Below, one piece after another: positions 49,384 to 59,699 of a DNA stretch of 64,000 nucleotides (position 1 is the first letter of the stretch; each line of letters begins with the position of its first letter). The position numbers were made by a program, and so were the translations under genes. Under the pieces are notes generated by a model, which saw nothing but the letters and a program-made list of their open reading frames with translations, searched no databases and was not told the DNA's origin. This DNA is from a candidate division TM6 bacterium GW2011_GWF2_28_16 (lineage in GTDB: Bacteria; Patescibacteriota; Microgenomatia; UBA1400; PJMF01): assembly GCA_001029715.1 (NCBI GenBank), contig CP011212.1, positions 259,407 to 323,406 of the forward strand, read 5' to 3'.

Positions 49384-49403
49384 TTTAGTGCTAAAATAGC
49401 GAC

Positions 49404-50180
49404 ATGACAATTAATTCAGATCATCAGTTAATCAAATATCAAGAAATCGGCAAAAAATCTACAGAAATGCTTTGGCAACTTTGGGAGGCCACTATTGAAG
49501 GGGCTACTCCAGCTCAAATCGATGATTTGGCGACGCGACTTTGTCAGCGCTATAACGTCACCTCAGCCTTTAAAGGAGTTGGTTCCAGAAAAAATCCTTA
49601 TCGTTATGTAACTTGTATCAATGTAAATGATGGCGTGGTTCATGGCATACCAAGCACAATTCCTTTGCAAAAAGGCGATATCGTCAAAGTTGATTTTGGC
49701 ATTATTGATGAAGGTTTTTATACCGATCATTGTTTTACTAAGTCCATTGGCGAGCCTAGCGAAGAAGATTTGCTTCTGATGAAAACTGCTCGCCGCGCCG
49801 TTCAAGAAGCGGCTCGCAAAGCTATTGTTGGTAATAAAGTTGGAGACTTGGGTTTTACCATGCAGAGTGTGGCAGAAAAAGTTGGTTTTAGCACTGTCAA
49901 AGAATTTGTTGGTCATGGCATTGGCTTCACTATGCACGATGAGCCACAGATTCCGGCTTGGGGCAAAATCCGCCAAGGTTTGACGCTTGAAAGAGGTCAG
50001 GTGCTCTGTGTTGAGGCGCAGGTAATTGCTTCTAAAGACGATGGAGTTTATATGGATGAAGATGGTTGGACCATTCGTTCTGAATCTGGAGCCAAAGCAG
50101 CTATGTTTGAATATATGGTCGTAGTTCAAGAAAAAAAGCCAGTTTTTCTAACCCCAACTTTGCAGTGGCCACTTTACTAA
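49404..50180 (+). CDS. map: methionine aminopeptidase type I
   Basis: HGIPS; VDFG; GHGIGFTMHDEPQI; pita-bread fold length. Confidence 0.9.
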   Translation: MTINSDHQLIKYQEIGKKSTEMLWQLWEATIEGATPAQIDDLATRLCQRYNVTSAFKGVGSRKNPYRYVTCINVNDGVVHGIPSTIPLQKGDIVKVDFGIIDEGFYTDHCFTKSIGEPSEEDLLLMKTARRAVQEAARKAIVGNKVGDLGFTMQSVAEKVGFSTVKEFVGHGIGFTMHDEPQIPAWGKIRQGLTLERGQVLCVEAQVIASKDDGVYMDEDGWTIRSESGAKAAMFEYMVVVQEKKPVFLTPTLQWPLY

Positions 50181-50235
50181 AATCTGATTTCCCTTTTGCT
50201 TTTTTCTCTGGAGGAGTGTATAATTATACATTCTT

Positions 50236-51390
50236 ATGACCGACAAAAGCCTCTCCGAACCAAAAACCCCAAAAACCAAAACTGAAGATAAAGTTAAGGT
50301 CAAAAAAATTCCTAAATCTCTTCAAGAAGATATTAAGAAATTATTCAAAACTGCTAGTTCTCGTGGTTATGTAACCCAAGATGAAATTTTGGATGTTTTT
50401 GTGGAACCAGAAATTTATGTTGAAGAATTAGATGATCTTTATGATCGTTTTTTTAAGAAAAGTATTGATATTTTTGAATCAGTTTCTAAGGATGAAACTG
50501 CTGGCGATGAAGATGTTCTCAAACAAGAATTAGATGTTTTGGCCAACCTTGGTAGCGTGGGTGTTTCCGATCCAGTGAGAATGTACCTTAAAGAAATTGG
50601 TCGTATTTCTCTGCTTAATAGAGAAGATGAAATTCGTTTGGCTCAAGAAGTTGAATCAGGTAGTCTTAAGGCCAAGAAGAATCTAATTGATGCTAATTTA
50701 CGTTTGGTGGTTTCTATCGCTAAAAAATATATTGGTCGCGGAATGACTTTCTTGGATTTGATTCAGGAAGGTAATAAGGGTTTGATTCGTGCGGTCGAAA
50801 AATATGATTGGACCAAAGGTTTTAAATTTTCTACCTACGCCACTTGGTGGATTCGTCAGGCCATTACTCGTTCCATTGCTGATCAGGCTCGTACTATTCG
50901 TATTCCTGTGCACATGGTTGAAACCATCAATAAATTAATGCGTACCTCACGTCGCTTAATGCAGGATCTTGGTCGTGAACCTACCCCAGAAGAAGTGGGT
51001 GAAAAGATGGAGCTCGAACCAGAAAAAGTTCGCGAGATTTTGAAGATTTCTCAAAACACTACTTCGCTTGAAACCCCAGTCGGTGATGGTGAAGATGATA
51101 GTACTTTGGGCGATTTCATCGCTGATGACAAGCAAGACAGTCCTTATGACACTACCAGTAAGCAAATGCTTTCTGAAAATGTCGAAGAGGTTTTGAAGGC
51201 TTTGTCAGACCGTGAAGCCAAGGTTTTGCGTATGCGTTTTGGTTTAGCTGGCAACAGAACTATGACTTTGGAAGAAGTTGGTAAAGAATTTGGTGTCACT
51301 CGTGAGCGTATTCGTCAAATTGAAGCCAAGGCTCTTCGTAAACTTAAACATCCAAGCAAACGCAAAAAATTACAAGATTTCTTGGAGTAA
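50236..51390 (+). CDS. rpoD: RNA polymerase sigma-70 factor
   Basis: Region 2 [18 protein letters not shown]...[13 protein letters not shown]; region 4 [28 protein letters not shown]. Confidence 0.95.
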   Translation: MTDKSLSEPKTPKTKTEDKVKVKKIPKSLQEDIKKLFKTASSRGYVTQDEILDVFVEPEIYVEELDDLYDRFFKKSIDIFESVSKDETAGDEDVLKQELDVLANLGSVGVSDPVRMYLKEIGRISLLNREDEIRLAQEVESGSLKAKKNLIDANLRLVVSIAKKYIGRGMTFLDLIQEGNKGLIRAVEKYDWTKGFKFSTYATWWIRQAITRSIADQARTIRIPVHMVETINKLMRTSRRLMQDLGREPTPEEVGEKMELEPEKVREILKISQNTTSLETPVGDGEDDSTLGDFIADDKQDSPYDTTSKQMLSENVEEVLKALSDREAKVLRMRFGLAGNRTMTLEEVGKEFGVTRERIRQIEAKALRKLKHPSKRKKLQDFLE

Positions 51391-51402
51391 AATTTTCTGC
51401 CT

Positions 51403-52131
51403 ATGAAATTTGTCTCAATCAATATTGAAGGTAATAAACATTTTGATAGAATTTTTCCGTTTTTACTTGCAGAGAAACCAGACGTACTGGCTTTGCAAGA
51501 AGTTTTTGAATGTGATTTGGAAACCATTAAACAAACCACTGGTTTGAAAAATTGTGTTTTTTATCCCAATGCTGATGTCACTCTTCCCAATATTCATTTG
51601 CAGGATCGCGGTAAATGGGGTGTGGCGATTTTTGCCAATGAAATTGTAGATAGCAAAGGCGTTTATTATTTTCAGGTTAATCCTGGAGAATTATTCATTT
51701 TTGATGAAAAAAAGAATGGCTTAGCTGATCGAGCCTTGCTGTTTGCTGAAACTAAAGTAGATGGCGAAGTTTTTAAAATTTTTAACACTCACTTTACTTG
51801 GTCTGGAGGCAGAGAAGTTAATGAGGCGCAACGCAGAGACTACGTCAAAATGAAAGAGATTCTGGAATCCTATGACGAAGTAATTCTGTGTGGCGACCTC
51901 AATACTCCTCGTGGTGAAGAAGTTTGGGACGATTTGGCCAAGACATATACCGACAACATTCCTCAAGAAATTAACACCACCATTGATAAGAATTTACATA
52001 AATCAGGTAAAGATATCCGCTTGGTGGTGGATGCTCTTTTTACCAGCTCTCATTATCTGGCGCAGAATGTGCGAGTAGTGCCCAACACCAGTGATCACAT
52101 GGCGGTGGTGGGAGAGATTGAGAGAGTTTAA
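51403..52131 (+). CDS. endonuclease/exonuclease/phosphatase (EEP) family protein
   Basis: VLALQEV; CGDLNTPRG; SDHMAV catalytic blocks. Confidence 0.75.
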   Translation: MKFVSINIEGNKHFDRIFPFLLAEKPDVLALQEVFECDLETIKQTTGLKNCVFYPNADVTLPNIHLQDRGKWGVAIFANEIVDSKGVYYFQVNPGELFIFDEKKNGLADRALLFAETKVDGEVFKIFNTHFTWSGGREVNEAQRRDYVKMKEILESYDEVILCGDLNTPRGEEVWDDLAKTYTDNIPQEINTTIDKNLHKSGKDIRLVVDALFTSSHYLAQNVRVVPNTSDHMAVVGEIERV

Positions 52132-52197
52132 TCAATTCTTTTATGACTGGTATTTTGTCTGATTAGTTGATAAAATCACTGCTGTTTTAACAAACAA

Positions 52198-52272
52198 TCC
52201 TCGATAGCTCAATGGCAGAGCAGGAAGCTGTTAACTTCAAGGTTCTAGGTTCGAGTCCTAGTCGGGGAGCCA
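52198..52272 (+). tRNA. tRNA-Asn (anticodon GUU), CCA encoded
   Basis: TCCTCGA acceptor (like E. coli tRNA-Asn), anticodon loop CTGTTAA, T loop TTCGAGT, GCCA end. Confidence 0.9.
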
Positions 52273-53799
52273 CGTCTCACTTATCCGAACCAAGTCACGG
52301 TCAACAAGTGCTTGGAAACCATCGGTATAAGTAATATCAGCGATTTTTTTGTCTTCAACCCATATCTTCTGGGCAAACCACCTCAAGAACTGCCGTTTTT
52401 CAGGCTTTGTGAAGGCTTCATACAACTCAGGCAGGCGTTTCATAAAGGTAATGATTTTCTCAATTTTGTCTTCATCCAGATTAGCGGAAGGTCGGCTGAG
52501 CTTTTCAATCTTAGCTTCCACTGATTTAAGCTCCTCACGCAGTGGCGAGTACTTCTTCTCTAACCGCTCTTGCGGGATAACCTCAGACAGTAATTGGTCT
52601 TCTATCTTGTCCATTTTCTTTTCAATGGCTTCCTTACGTTTCTTGAGGGATTTGAGCTGCCCAAAAATGTCGGTTCCTTGATTGCTCATTAGTGACCTTA
52701 GCTCCAAACGCAGTTCATCATAAAACTGTTCATCAAATTGGAGTGAGGCAATCCACTGACCTAATTGTTCGTGGACAGCCTCCATATTGGCATAGGGCTG
52801 AGAACAATCTTGTGTATAGTTTTTTGGTCCGAGACATCGGTAGTAACGATTGATGTGTCCTGACTTCTTAATGTGTTCCTCGCCAGACATGAGAGAACCA
52901 CAAGCCTTACAAAAAGTAAGACCTGCTAAAAACCAGTTGTGCTTGCGAGAGCGGTCAGCTCCTTTGTTGTGTTTTTTCATAATTGCCTCTGCTTGTTTAA
53001 TATCACTGACGTTTACAATCTTTGGATGCTGTCCGTTTTTGTAGACTTTTCCGTCATACTTCACCCAACCGCAATAACGAACATCGGTTAGCATACGATG
53101 GATTTGACTGGAGTGTACACGCTTGCCATTTTTTGTGCGAAAACCCTCTTGATACATCATTTCTTCTAACGTTTGGACAGAGTAGTTTCCAGTTTTATAG
53201 CGTTGAAAAATCTCTTTGACAAAAGGCACTCGCTCATCATCCAAGAGCCAAGGAACATCCTTTTTGAAAGAGTTTAGATACCCCAGGACTGCTCCGCCAG
53301 GCTGGATACCTTTTTCAGCCAATGCCACCATAGTGCGTTTGGTTTTTTGACCAGTAATCTCACGCTGTAACTGGTTAGCACCAGCCATGATTAAATCAAC
53401 AAACTTACCCACTGGGTCATCACCAAAATTGGGCTGCTCTGTAGCAATGAGCAAGACATTGTGTTTTTTGAGGAACGCCTTAACAGCCAGGTGGTCTTGA
53501 GCATTACGAGCAAAGCGGTCTGTCTCTTCAAGCAGTACTGCATGAACATCAGGGTCGCTTTCACACCGCTCTAGCATCCGATTAAACTCAGGTCTGCCAG
53601 TCGTTGATTTTCCACTTTTACCGCCGTCCTTATAAACATCAATAATATGCCAGTTTCTTTCCCTGGCAAACTTTGTTAATCGGTCAATTTGGTCTTCAAA
53701 TGAGTGTCCTTCTTTGACCTGACGGTCTGTGCTGACACGAGTATAAAGCAGGCAATTTTTAATCCCGTCAAAGCTATTTTCTCCAATTTGTTGGTACAT
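52258..53799 (-). CDS. large serine recombinase (resolvase/invertase-type integrase)
   Basis: N-terminal catalytic LLYTRVSTDRQ...EDQ...GKSGKS; C-terminal zinc-ribbon and coiled-coil. Confidence 0.9.
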   Translation of the reverse strand: MYQQIGENSFDGIKNCLLYTRVSTDRQVKEGHSFEDQIDRLTKFARERNWHIIDVYKDGGKSGKSTTGRPEFNRMLERCESDPDVHAVLLEETDRFARNAQDHLAVKAFLKKHNVLLIATEQPNFGDDPVGKFVDLIMAGANQLQREITGQKTKRTMVALAEKGIQPGGAVLGYLNSFKKDVPWLLDDERVPFVKEIFQRYKTGNYSVQTLEEMMYQEGFRTKNGKRVHSSQIHRMLTDVRYCGWVKYDGKVYKNGQHPKIVNVSDIKQAEAIMKKHNKGADRSRKHNWFLAGLTFCKACGSLMSGEEHIKKSGHINRYYRCLGPKNYTQDCSQPYANMEAVHEQLGQWIASLQFDEQFYDELRLELRSLMSNQGTDIFGQLKSLKKRKEAIEKKMDKIEDQLLSEVIPQERLEKKYSPLREELKSVEAKIEKLSRPSANLDEDKIEKIITFMKRLPELYEAFTKPEKRQFLRWFAQKIWVEDKKIADITYTDGFQALVDRDLVRISETWLPD

Positions 53800-53932
53800 A
53801 AAGTCCTTTCAGCCACTTAAATGGCCGCCCTGGTGCACTCAACTAGAAATGACTTCTAATTGTCCAAGACGGCCATTAAAAAAAGCCATTTCTATTAGTT
53901 GAGTGCCCTTATATTTTACCATAATATGCCAT

Positions 53933-54241
53933 TTAATTAAAGACATTTTCCTCTGGTACACCAAAGATTTCTCTGATTACTTCAAGAGGGATAAATGGGA
54001 CAATTTCACGCCTTTTGCCCTCGGACTCAATCTTCTGTACTAGGGTGAGGTATTTCTGATATTTTTCTGGTTCAGAGAGGTCAGTGGTACTCGGTGGGTG
54101 CTCTTTAAGCCAGGTTTGAGCATTATCATAAAATTGCAACAGCGTGTCATTATCCATCGCCCGTAATCGGTTTTCGATTGAACTGGCATTTGAGCCCGTG
54201 GCTGTAACGAGTTGGTACTTCATAGCCTTATATTTCTTCAA
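53933..54241 (-). CDS. hypothetical protein (mobile element)
   Basis: 102 aa; overlaps the start of the primase gene. Confidence 0.5.
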   Translation of the reverse strand: MKKYKAMKYQLVTATGSNASSIENRLRAMDNDTLLQFYDNAQTWLKEHPPSTTDLSEPEKYQKYLTLVQKIESEGKRREIVPFIPLEVIREIFGVPEENVFN

Positions 54242-56729
54242 TGAGTGACTCTAGCGTCGGGACATCGGTAGTAGTTTGAGCTAGGCTTAATTGCTTCCCA
54301 GTAATGGGGTGATAAATAGTTGTGCCGTTCAACCAGTCAGAGTTTATTTCGTACAGCTCTTCAACCTGAGGCATAACCACCGTATGCTCAATGGGCTTGT
54401 CAGACAATTTGTAAACGGCTGCTTTTGGTCCTTTGCTTTCTACCACCACTTCGACAAACCCCTTTCGTACCGCTGGGTTAATCCAGTTACGAACTGTGTC
54501 GTCATCCCAGCCAATTTCTTTGGCGAGTAGCCTTACCGTAAACTGTCCATCCTCATTTGTTGCATTGGCTTGGATGAGTTTGGCTTTTTCTAGTAGCTCC
54601 TCAGTTTTGGGATGGATTTCATAAATGGTACGCATCAGGATTTCTTCAAACAAAACCTGAGCGACGTAATAATCAGCCAACGTTGCAACTACCGCACTCC
54701 CACCGTTGATGGTTCTAATCTCTCTTTGACTTTGATGCAGTAGCGTCACATTTTCGATGAGTGACATGAGTTTTGAGTAGTCTCGCCTGACTCTAATGGG
54801 TTTTTTGGGGAAACGGTCGCTTAGTTCTTTAGCAAACGGGATGAGCACAGCGTAGGGTCGGATGATTTTTTGTAAGTTAATGAAAGCTGGGCTTGGCTGC
54901 TTAATAATTTCTGTACCATTGTATTTGGCGTTGGTAACTTCCAAAACCCTAGAAGTCTGTTTCTCAGTTTCATCAGGAAATACTGTGAAATTGCGAGTTT
55001 CATTTTCTGGATGAACGTTAGGGCGAGTAGTAGTGGTAACAAAACCAGTTGGTCCAAAAATCTCTCGCTCCATTGTTTCAATTTCGCCTGTCTCGGGATT
55101 TTTTACCGTTGTTTGGATTTTTAACTTGCCCTCAGATTGGAGTGAGCGGATAGAGTAATCAGCTTTTTGACCACCGTGCATTTCAAAAATCAGCACTACT
55201 TTGTGAGCGAGTGCATCAGCTTCAAGATAGTAAAAACTTTGAGGTGTGGCATCAGTCAGGTCTTTGTAGGCATCAGTGGGAAAAAGTGGCAGTACCTTGG
55301 AGATAACATAGGACTTGCCCGCAGCACTGGCTCCTTTAACAATCACAGAAAGTGGGTTGTCGGTAATCCTTGAAGTTAGAGCCAAGTAGTAGAGCAAGAT
55401 ATTTCGCTCCTCGCCAATTACGCCTAATTTTCTCACCTCGTTCAGCACTTGGTGTAAAAGTAAGGGTGAGTCCAGCAGGATATTTGCCTCAGTGATTTCA
55501 TTTTGATTTAGTGGTTTTTCTGGTAGTGGTGCGGTCTTGGATGGCAAAGTGTTCAGCTCATCCACTGCAAGGCTTAATGCCATGAGACTTTGTGCAACCA
55601 TTACCTGCTCATCCTCGTTAAAATCAGTTAGTTTGGAACTAAAAACACTCCTTCTTCTATCGGAGTGAAGGTTAATATTGTCCTGGTGGATGAGTTGACC
55701 AGTTTTGTATAAAGCAAGAACGACGGTGTCTTTTTTTCTTTGCAATTTGACATGATAACTAAGTCCGTCCTTTTGAAACTCGTAATTTGAACCACCATTA
55801 TTTTTGACCACAAAACCATGTGACGTGTTGGCAACGAGTGGTGCATCAGAGCTCGCAAGCGGAACCGCTAATTTTAGCAACTCAGTAAAATCACTGGCAG
55901 ATTTTTCTAGTTTGGTGAAGTAGTCAGTTAAGTCTACTTTTTTTCCATCGGTTGATGGTAAGGTTACAATGTGGGCTTTACTCCCAAATAGGTTGGCGGT
56001 TCGTTTAGCACCTACCTCGCCAGCCTCATCGGTGTCATAGCAAATATAGATTTTTGCGATGTGCTCAAAGTGCTGCAACCACTCAGGTTTGAACGTGCCC
56101 GCTCCGCCAGTGCTAGAAACGGCTGGGAAGCCATACTGTGTGGCAATCATAGTGTCAAACTCGCCCTCGGTAATGACAACAAACTCTGTCGGTTGACTAA
56201 GAACTCTGAGATTAAAAAGCGAAGCGGTTGAGCCATGTTCGCTCCACAGCTTGCTACCTTCGTCCTTTGCGGGGTCACGACGGTGTTTGATGTTGGTCAG
56301 CGTTCCTTGTTGGTCAAAAATAGGGATGGTGATGCTGCTACCGTCCCATCCAATTTGAAATTGCTTGATGGTGTCCTGAGTAAGTCCTCTTTGAGAGCCA
56401 ATGAGGTACTCCGTTATCCTGATGGGTAACTGCTGGTGGTAAGTAAGAGCACGGGAGTCATCAAGCTTTAATTTGGGCTTGGGAGCAGGTAGATAAAGCT
56501 GTGGTTTACTCTCTAGTGGTATGTATTTATCACCGCTAATTTTCTGCGTTAGCTGACTCCAGCTCCCTTTTTCTCCGCAGTGGTGGCATAAGTAGCAACC
56601 ATCTTCTGCTTTGATGTAGAAGTGTTTTTCCTTGTCGCAAAATGGGCAAATGGTGATGAGTTCGCCGTAGAACTGTCTGTGCTCAATGTTGTGTTGATTT
56701 AAGTAGTCGGCTACATTTTCGAGTAACAT
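54228..56729 (-). CDS. primase-helicase (CHC2 zinc finger + TOPRIM + P-loop NTPase)
   Basis: CPFCDKEKHFY...CHHCGEKGS zinc finger; TOPRIM VVITEGEFDTMIA...DTDEAGE; Walker A VKGASAAGKS. Confidence 0.8.
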   Translation of the reverse strand: MLLENVADYLNQHNIEHRQFYGELITICPFCDKEKHFYIKAEDGCYLCHHCGEKGSWSQLTQKISGDKYIPLESKPQLYLPAPKPKLKLDDSRALTYHQQLPIRITEYLIGSQRGLTQDTIKQFQIGWDGSSITIPIFDQQGTLTNIKHRRDPAKDEGSKLWSEHGSTASLFNLRVLSQPTEFVVITEGEFDTMIATQYGFPAVSSTGGAGTFKPEWLQHFEHIAKIYICYDTDEAGEVGAKRTANLFGSKAHIVTLPSTDGKKVDLTDYFTKLEKSASDFTELLKLAVPLASSDAPLVANTSHGFVVKNNGGSNYEFQKDGLSYHVKLQRKKDTVVLALYKTGQLIHQDNINLHSDRRRSVFSSKLTDFNEDEQVMVAQSLMALSLAVDELNTLPSKTAPLPEKPLNQNEITEANILLDSPLLLHQVLNEVRKLGVIGEERNILLYYLALTSRITDNPLSVIVKGASAAGKSYVISKVLPLFPTDAYKDLTDATPQSFYYLEADALAHKVVLIFEMHGGQKADYSIRSLQSEGKLKIQTTVKNPETGEIETMEREIFGPTGFVTTTTRPNVHPENETRNFTVFPDETEKQTSRVLEVTNAKYNGTEIIKQPSPAFINLQKIIRPYAVLIPFAKELSDRFPKKPIRVRRDYSKLMSLIENVTLLHQSQREIRTINGGSAVVATLADYYVAQVLFEEILMRTIYEIHPKTEELLEKAKLIQANATNEDGQFTVRLLAKEIGWDDDTVRNWINPAVRKGFVEVVVESKGPKAAVYKLSDKPIEHTVVMPQVEELYEINSDWLNGTTIYHPITGKQLSLAQTTTDVPTLESLIEEI

Positions 56730-56741
56730 TTTCTTGTCCTT

Positions 56742-57023
56742 TCATCCAGTTAAATTGTCTGTTAGTAATTGATTGAGCTTTGTTGAGACTGCTTGCTCAA
56801 CAGCTTGGTTGGTTTCTGTGTTTATTGGATAGTAAATCTGTAGCTGCTGCCCATTGGGCAACTTTTTTGTGGGGTAAACACAGCGATATCCCTCGGAGTT
56901 AAGACGGGTATAAACGGCAATGCTTCCTAAGTAGAGTTTGTTGTCCAAAACACACGAAGCGAAAGCGATTAAGCCACTGTCTGCTTTTACTGGGATTATT
57001 TCCACTTCCGAGACTTGAGTCAT
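56742..57023 (-). CDS. SpoVG-like nucleic-acid-binding protein
   Basis: VEIIPVKADSGLIAFASCVLDNKLYLGSIAVY...YPINTETNQAVEQAV aligns with the SpoVG core. Confidence 0.65.
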   Translation of the reverse strand: MTQVSEVEIIPVKADSGLIAFASCVLDNKLYLGSIAVYTRLNSEGYRCVYPTKKLPNGQQLQIYYPINTETNQAVEQAVSTKLNQLLTDNLTG

Positions 57024-57244
57024 GACTGCTCCTGTTCTTCACGTTCAGACTCAAGACGTTCGTAAACACTCGTTAATAGTTGGGCGAGTTGAGCGATGGG
57101 ATTATCACTCTCAAAATTGGTGGTATCAGATGTTGGGAGCTCTACGGTGCTCTCTGAATGAAATGGTGATGTAACTTGCTTCGGTAACATTTGGAGCAAG
57201 TGTAGAAGGTTCCCAAAAAGATTTGAAATACACCAAAAGTTACT

Positions 57245-58030
57245 TTAAGTGTTGGGTAGCCTCATGGTCTTCATTAGCTGCCTAAGCTTTAGCCGTTTTG
57301 GTAGTTTAGCTAAGTGAGCTTTGAAACGATTGCGATAAAGACTGATTACAGTTTCGTCGTGGAAGGTAGTTTTGTTTGGATACTTTTCAAGGAAAAAGTC
57401 GGCGATTTCTCGGTCAGTTTTTCCATCCTTGGTTAACTCAAGGATTTCTTTTTTTATCTCCAGGTCTTTGGTTCGGCTGAGATTGGGTGTTGAAGGTAAA
57501 TCAGATAAGTAACGGTCAATGAGTGGTTTGTTTTTGTTTAGTTCAGCGACGAGCTGCTTGAAAGACATTTTTTCACTCACTGTTATGGTTAGAGAGTTGG
57601 TAGCTTTTGGTTTATGTTTCAGTTGTTTTTGAGCTTTTTTCAGTACATCATCTAGCCCAACCACTCCCGAGTACTCGATTGAAATGGGCATAGTTTCTTC
57701 ATCAATATCAGGTGGTGGTGCAGACTGAAACAAGATAATGCCAACCAGTGTCCCATGCCAGCCAATAGGGAGGTCAAACAGCCAAATTATGTCTTTTACG
57801 GCTTGGTCTATCCATGGCAGTGATTGATTAACGGCATTTGATACATCGTCTGGATTGAGCACTTTTCCTTCTTGGGAAAGTTGAACAGAGTAGCCACCTG
57901 TGGGAACGCCAAACTGTTTTCTGACCGCTGTAATTTCACCAGCTAACTCCTCACTTTCTTCAAGTAACGCTAGTGCTTGGAGTTGTTTTTTTGAGTACTT
58001 TGATTTTTCTAGTAATAGTTTGATTTTCAT
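57245..58030 (-). CDS. hypothetical protein (mobile element)
   Basis: 261 aa, no motif. Confidence 0.5.
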   Translation of the reverse strand: MKIKLLLEKSKYSKKQLQALALLEESEELAGEITAVRKQFGVPTGGYSVQLSQEGKVLNPDDVSNAVNQSLPWIDQAVKDIIWLFDLPIGWHGTLVGIILFQSAPPPDIDEETMPISIEYSGVVGLDDVLKKAQKQLKHKPKATNSLTITVSEKMSFKQLVAELNKNKPLIDRYLSDLPSTPNLSRTKDLEIKKEILELTKDGKTDREIADFFLEKYPNKTTFHDETVISLYRNRFKAHLAKLPKRLKLRQLMKTMRLPNT

Positions 58031-58119
58031 GCCACTTTTTCAGATACCTTATGATGCTATTTTACCAAACTTATCTTGAGGTGGGTAATTTGATTTGTTC
58101 TTACATATGTTTGGTTTTT

Positions 58120-58317
58120 GGGATAAAATACACCCAACGACCTAAACTCATCGTGGTTTCACAGTGAGCATGGTCGAGAAATCGGATAAACGGCAGTAAG
58201 CCCTCCATGGGCTCTACGTTTATCCGTCGTATCCCGAAAGGGGTATGGGTGTCGCAAGATACCAGCCGTGGGGGGCTTTTTGGATATCCAAGGCTCTCTA
58301 CGCAGGAAGACGTAGTT
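58120..58317 (+). promoter_or_regulatory. GC-rich structured leader (riboswitch-like) upstream of a small membrane protein gene
   Basis: Nested hairpins: GGATAAACG...CGTTTATCC encloses AGCCC-TCCAT-GGGCT, followed by a GAAA-tetraloop hairpin TATCCC-GAAA-GGGGTA. Then a G-rich stem plus T-run (GGGGGGCTTTTT), a CTACG-CAGGAAGA-CGTAG hairpin containing the SD sequence, and the ATG at 58318. Confidence 0.3.
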
Positions 58318-58623
58318 ATGAAAGAGCCGATTAAAACAGTTGCCACTATAGTAGGGTTCCTACTTTTACTTGCAATACTCCCATTGCCGTATGGCTATTA
58401 CACATTTCTGAGATTGACCGTTTTTGTGAGCAGTTTATTTTTAGCGTACCAACTGTATGAGAAGAAAAGTCACGGTCTGAGTTTAGTTCTAGCTGGACTG
58501 GCTTTACTTTTTAACCCAATCATCCCTGTTTACCTCTTAAGAGAGACTTGGCTGCCGATAGATTTAGTGAGTGCTGGTTTGCTTTTCTATGTCGGATATT
58601 ATGTCAATAAAGGAGCCAAGTGA
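58318..58623 (+). CDS. small integral membrane protein (3 TM)
   Basis: The ORF runs from MKEPIKT; the upstream in-frame extension is GC-rich leader and is unlikely to be coding. Confidence 0.5.
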   Translation: MKEPIKTVATIVGFLLLLAILPLPYGYYTFLRLTVFVSSLFLAYQLYEKKSHGLSLVLAGLALLFNPIIPVYLLRETWLPIDLVSAGLLFYVGYYVNKGAK

Positions 58624-59387
58624 AGAAACTTTTTGAGGGTCTATTTACCTTGTTTCTCAGCGTCATAGGCATACTTAACTTTTCCTCTGGCATAATTGCT
58701 GCCATTTGGCTTATCGCTGTTGGCGGTTGGCAATTTGTTCTATTTGGTTTCATTTTAGGGATAGCAATGCCGTGGGTTTACTCAATCGCATCTATCCCTT
58801 CAATGCTGGTTGTGCCCTTAATCTTAAAGTTTGCCGAAAAAGGCAACCAACTTTTGATGTCAGTATTTGGGTTCATAGCTTCCTTGTATAACAACTTTTT
58901 GCTGGCACTCTGGGTATCATTTGTTTTTGGGTTGATGATACAGGTTGACTATAACCCAATAGCCATGTGGTTTTGGGGATTTGCCACCGTCATGGGACCG
59001 ATTAGTTACATGGCTAGTAAAGAAGACAGGGGCTCACTGGGTACAGTATTAGGGGCATTTTTCTGTCAGGTGGGATACATACTATTAACGGTTTCATACT
59101 ACTTTTTTGGTAGTGAGACATTGGGTTATAGCCTGCTTTGGTTGTCATTGATTGCATTTTCAGGGCTCAATATCTACCTCGGGTTTGCTGAGGGACTGTT
59201 GAGAAAAAGTGGAGCAGGTTCCACAAGCGTCCAGCCATTGGAAGAAGAAAATATCGAAGAGGCTGACATCGTGACACCAATGGAAGAACTGCAAGATACG
59301 GGTAAAAAATATTGCTCTAATTGTGGAGAACAAATTAACAAGTCAAGCAATTTTTGCACAAGTTGTGGAACTGCACTGAAAGGATAA
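58620..59387 (+). CDS. polytopic membrane protein with C-terminal zinc-ribbon
   Basis: 6 TM; acidic linker; C-terminal CSNCGEQIx8CTSCGTAL (Cx2C...Cx2C). Confidence 0.6.
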   Translation: MKKLFEGLFTLFLSVIGILNFSSGIIAAIWLIAVGGWQFVLFGFILGIAMPWVYSIASIPSMLVVPLILKFAEKGNQLLMSVFGFIASLYNNFLLALWVSFVFGLMIQVDYNPIAMWFWGFATVMGPISYMASKEDRGSLGTVLGAFFCQVGYILLTVSYYFFGSETLGYSLLWLSLIAFSGLNIYLGFAEGLLRKSGAGSTSVQPLEEENIEEADIVTPMEELQDTGKKYCSNCGEQINKSSNFCTSCGTALKG

Positions 59388-59390
59388 TGT

Positions 59391-59690
59391 ATGTTTTGTG
59401 GTAATTGTGGAGCCAAGATTGATGAAAAAACTAGGTTTTGTCCCGAGTGTGGGACAGAAGTTAAAAATGTTGGCAGGGATGCTAACGGCAAGAAAGACCA
59501 AGATATTGCTAGCGAACACGGTATTAAAAACCTTGATGAAAGACTGCAAAGACTTGAAAAATTAGGTGTAAATCACCCCAAGCTTATTAATCGTGCTTTT
59601 ACAGTGTGGGGTTATTACATACTCGCTCAAATAATAGTGGCGGGAGTGGTACTACTCCTTGCCTTAGTTTTTGGGCTTTTCTCTCAATAA
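59391..59690 (+). CDS. zinc-ribbon protein with C-terminal TM anchor
   Basis: N-terminal FCGNCGAKIx8FCPECGTEV; C-terminal hydrophobic helix. Confidence 0.6.
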   Translation: MFCGNCGAKIDEKTRFCPECGTEVKNVGRDANGKKDQDIASEHGIKNLDERLQRLEKLGVNHPKLINRAFTVWGYYILAQIIVAGVVLLLALVFGLFSQ

Positions 59691-59699
59691 AGGGTAAAT

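Noticed and set aside
58207-58317. Start of the tracked 138-aa ORF at 58207
   Set aside because: That N-terminal extension runs through GC-rich hairpins and a terminator-like stem. The downstream ATG at 58318 has a good SD sequence and begins the hydrophobic protein.
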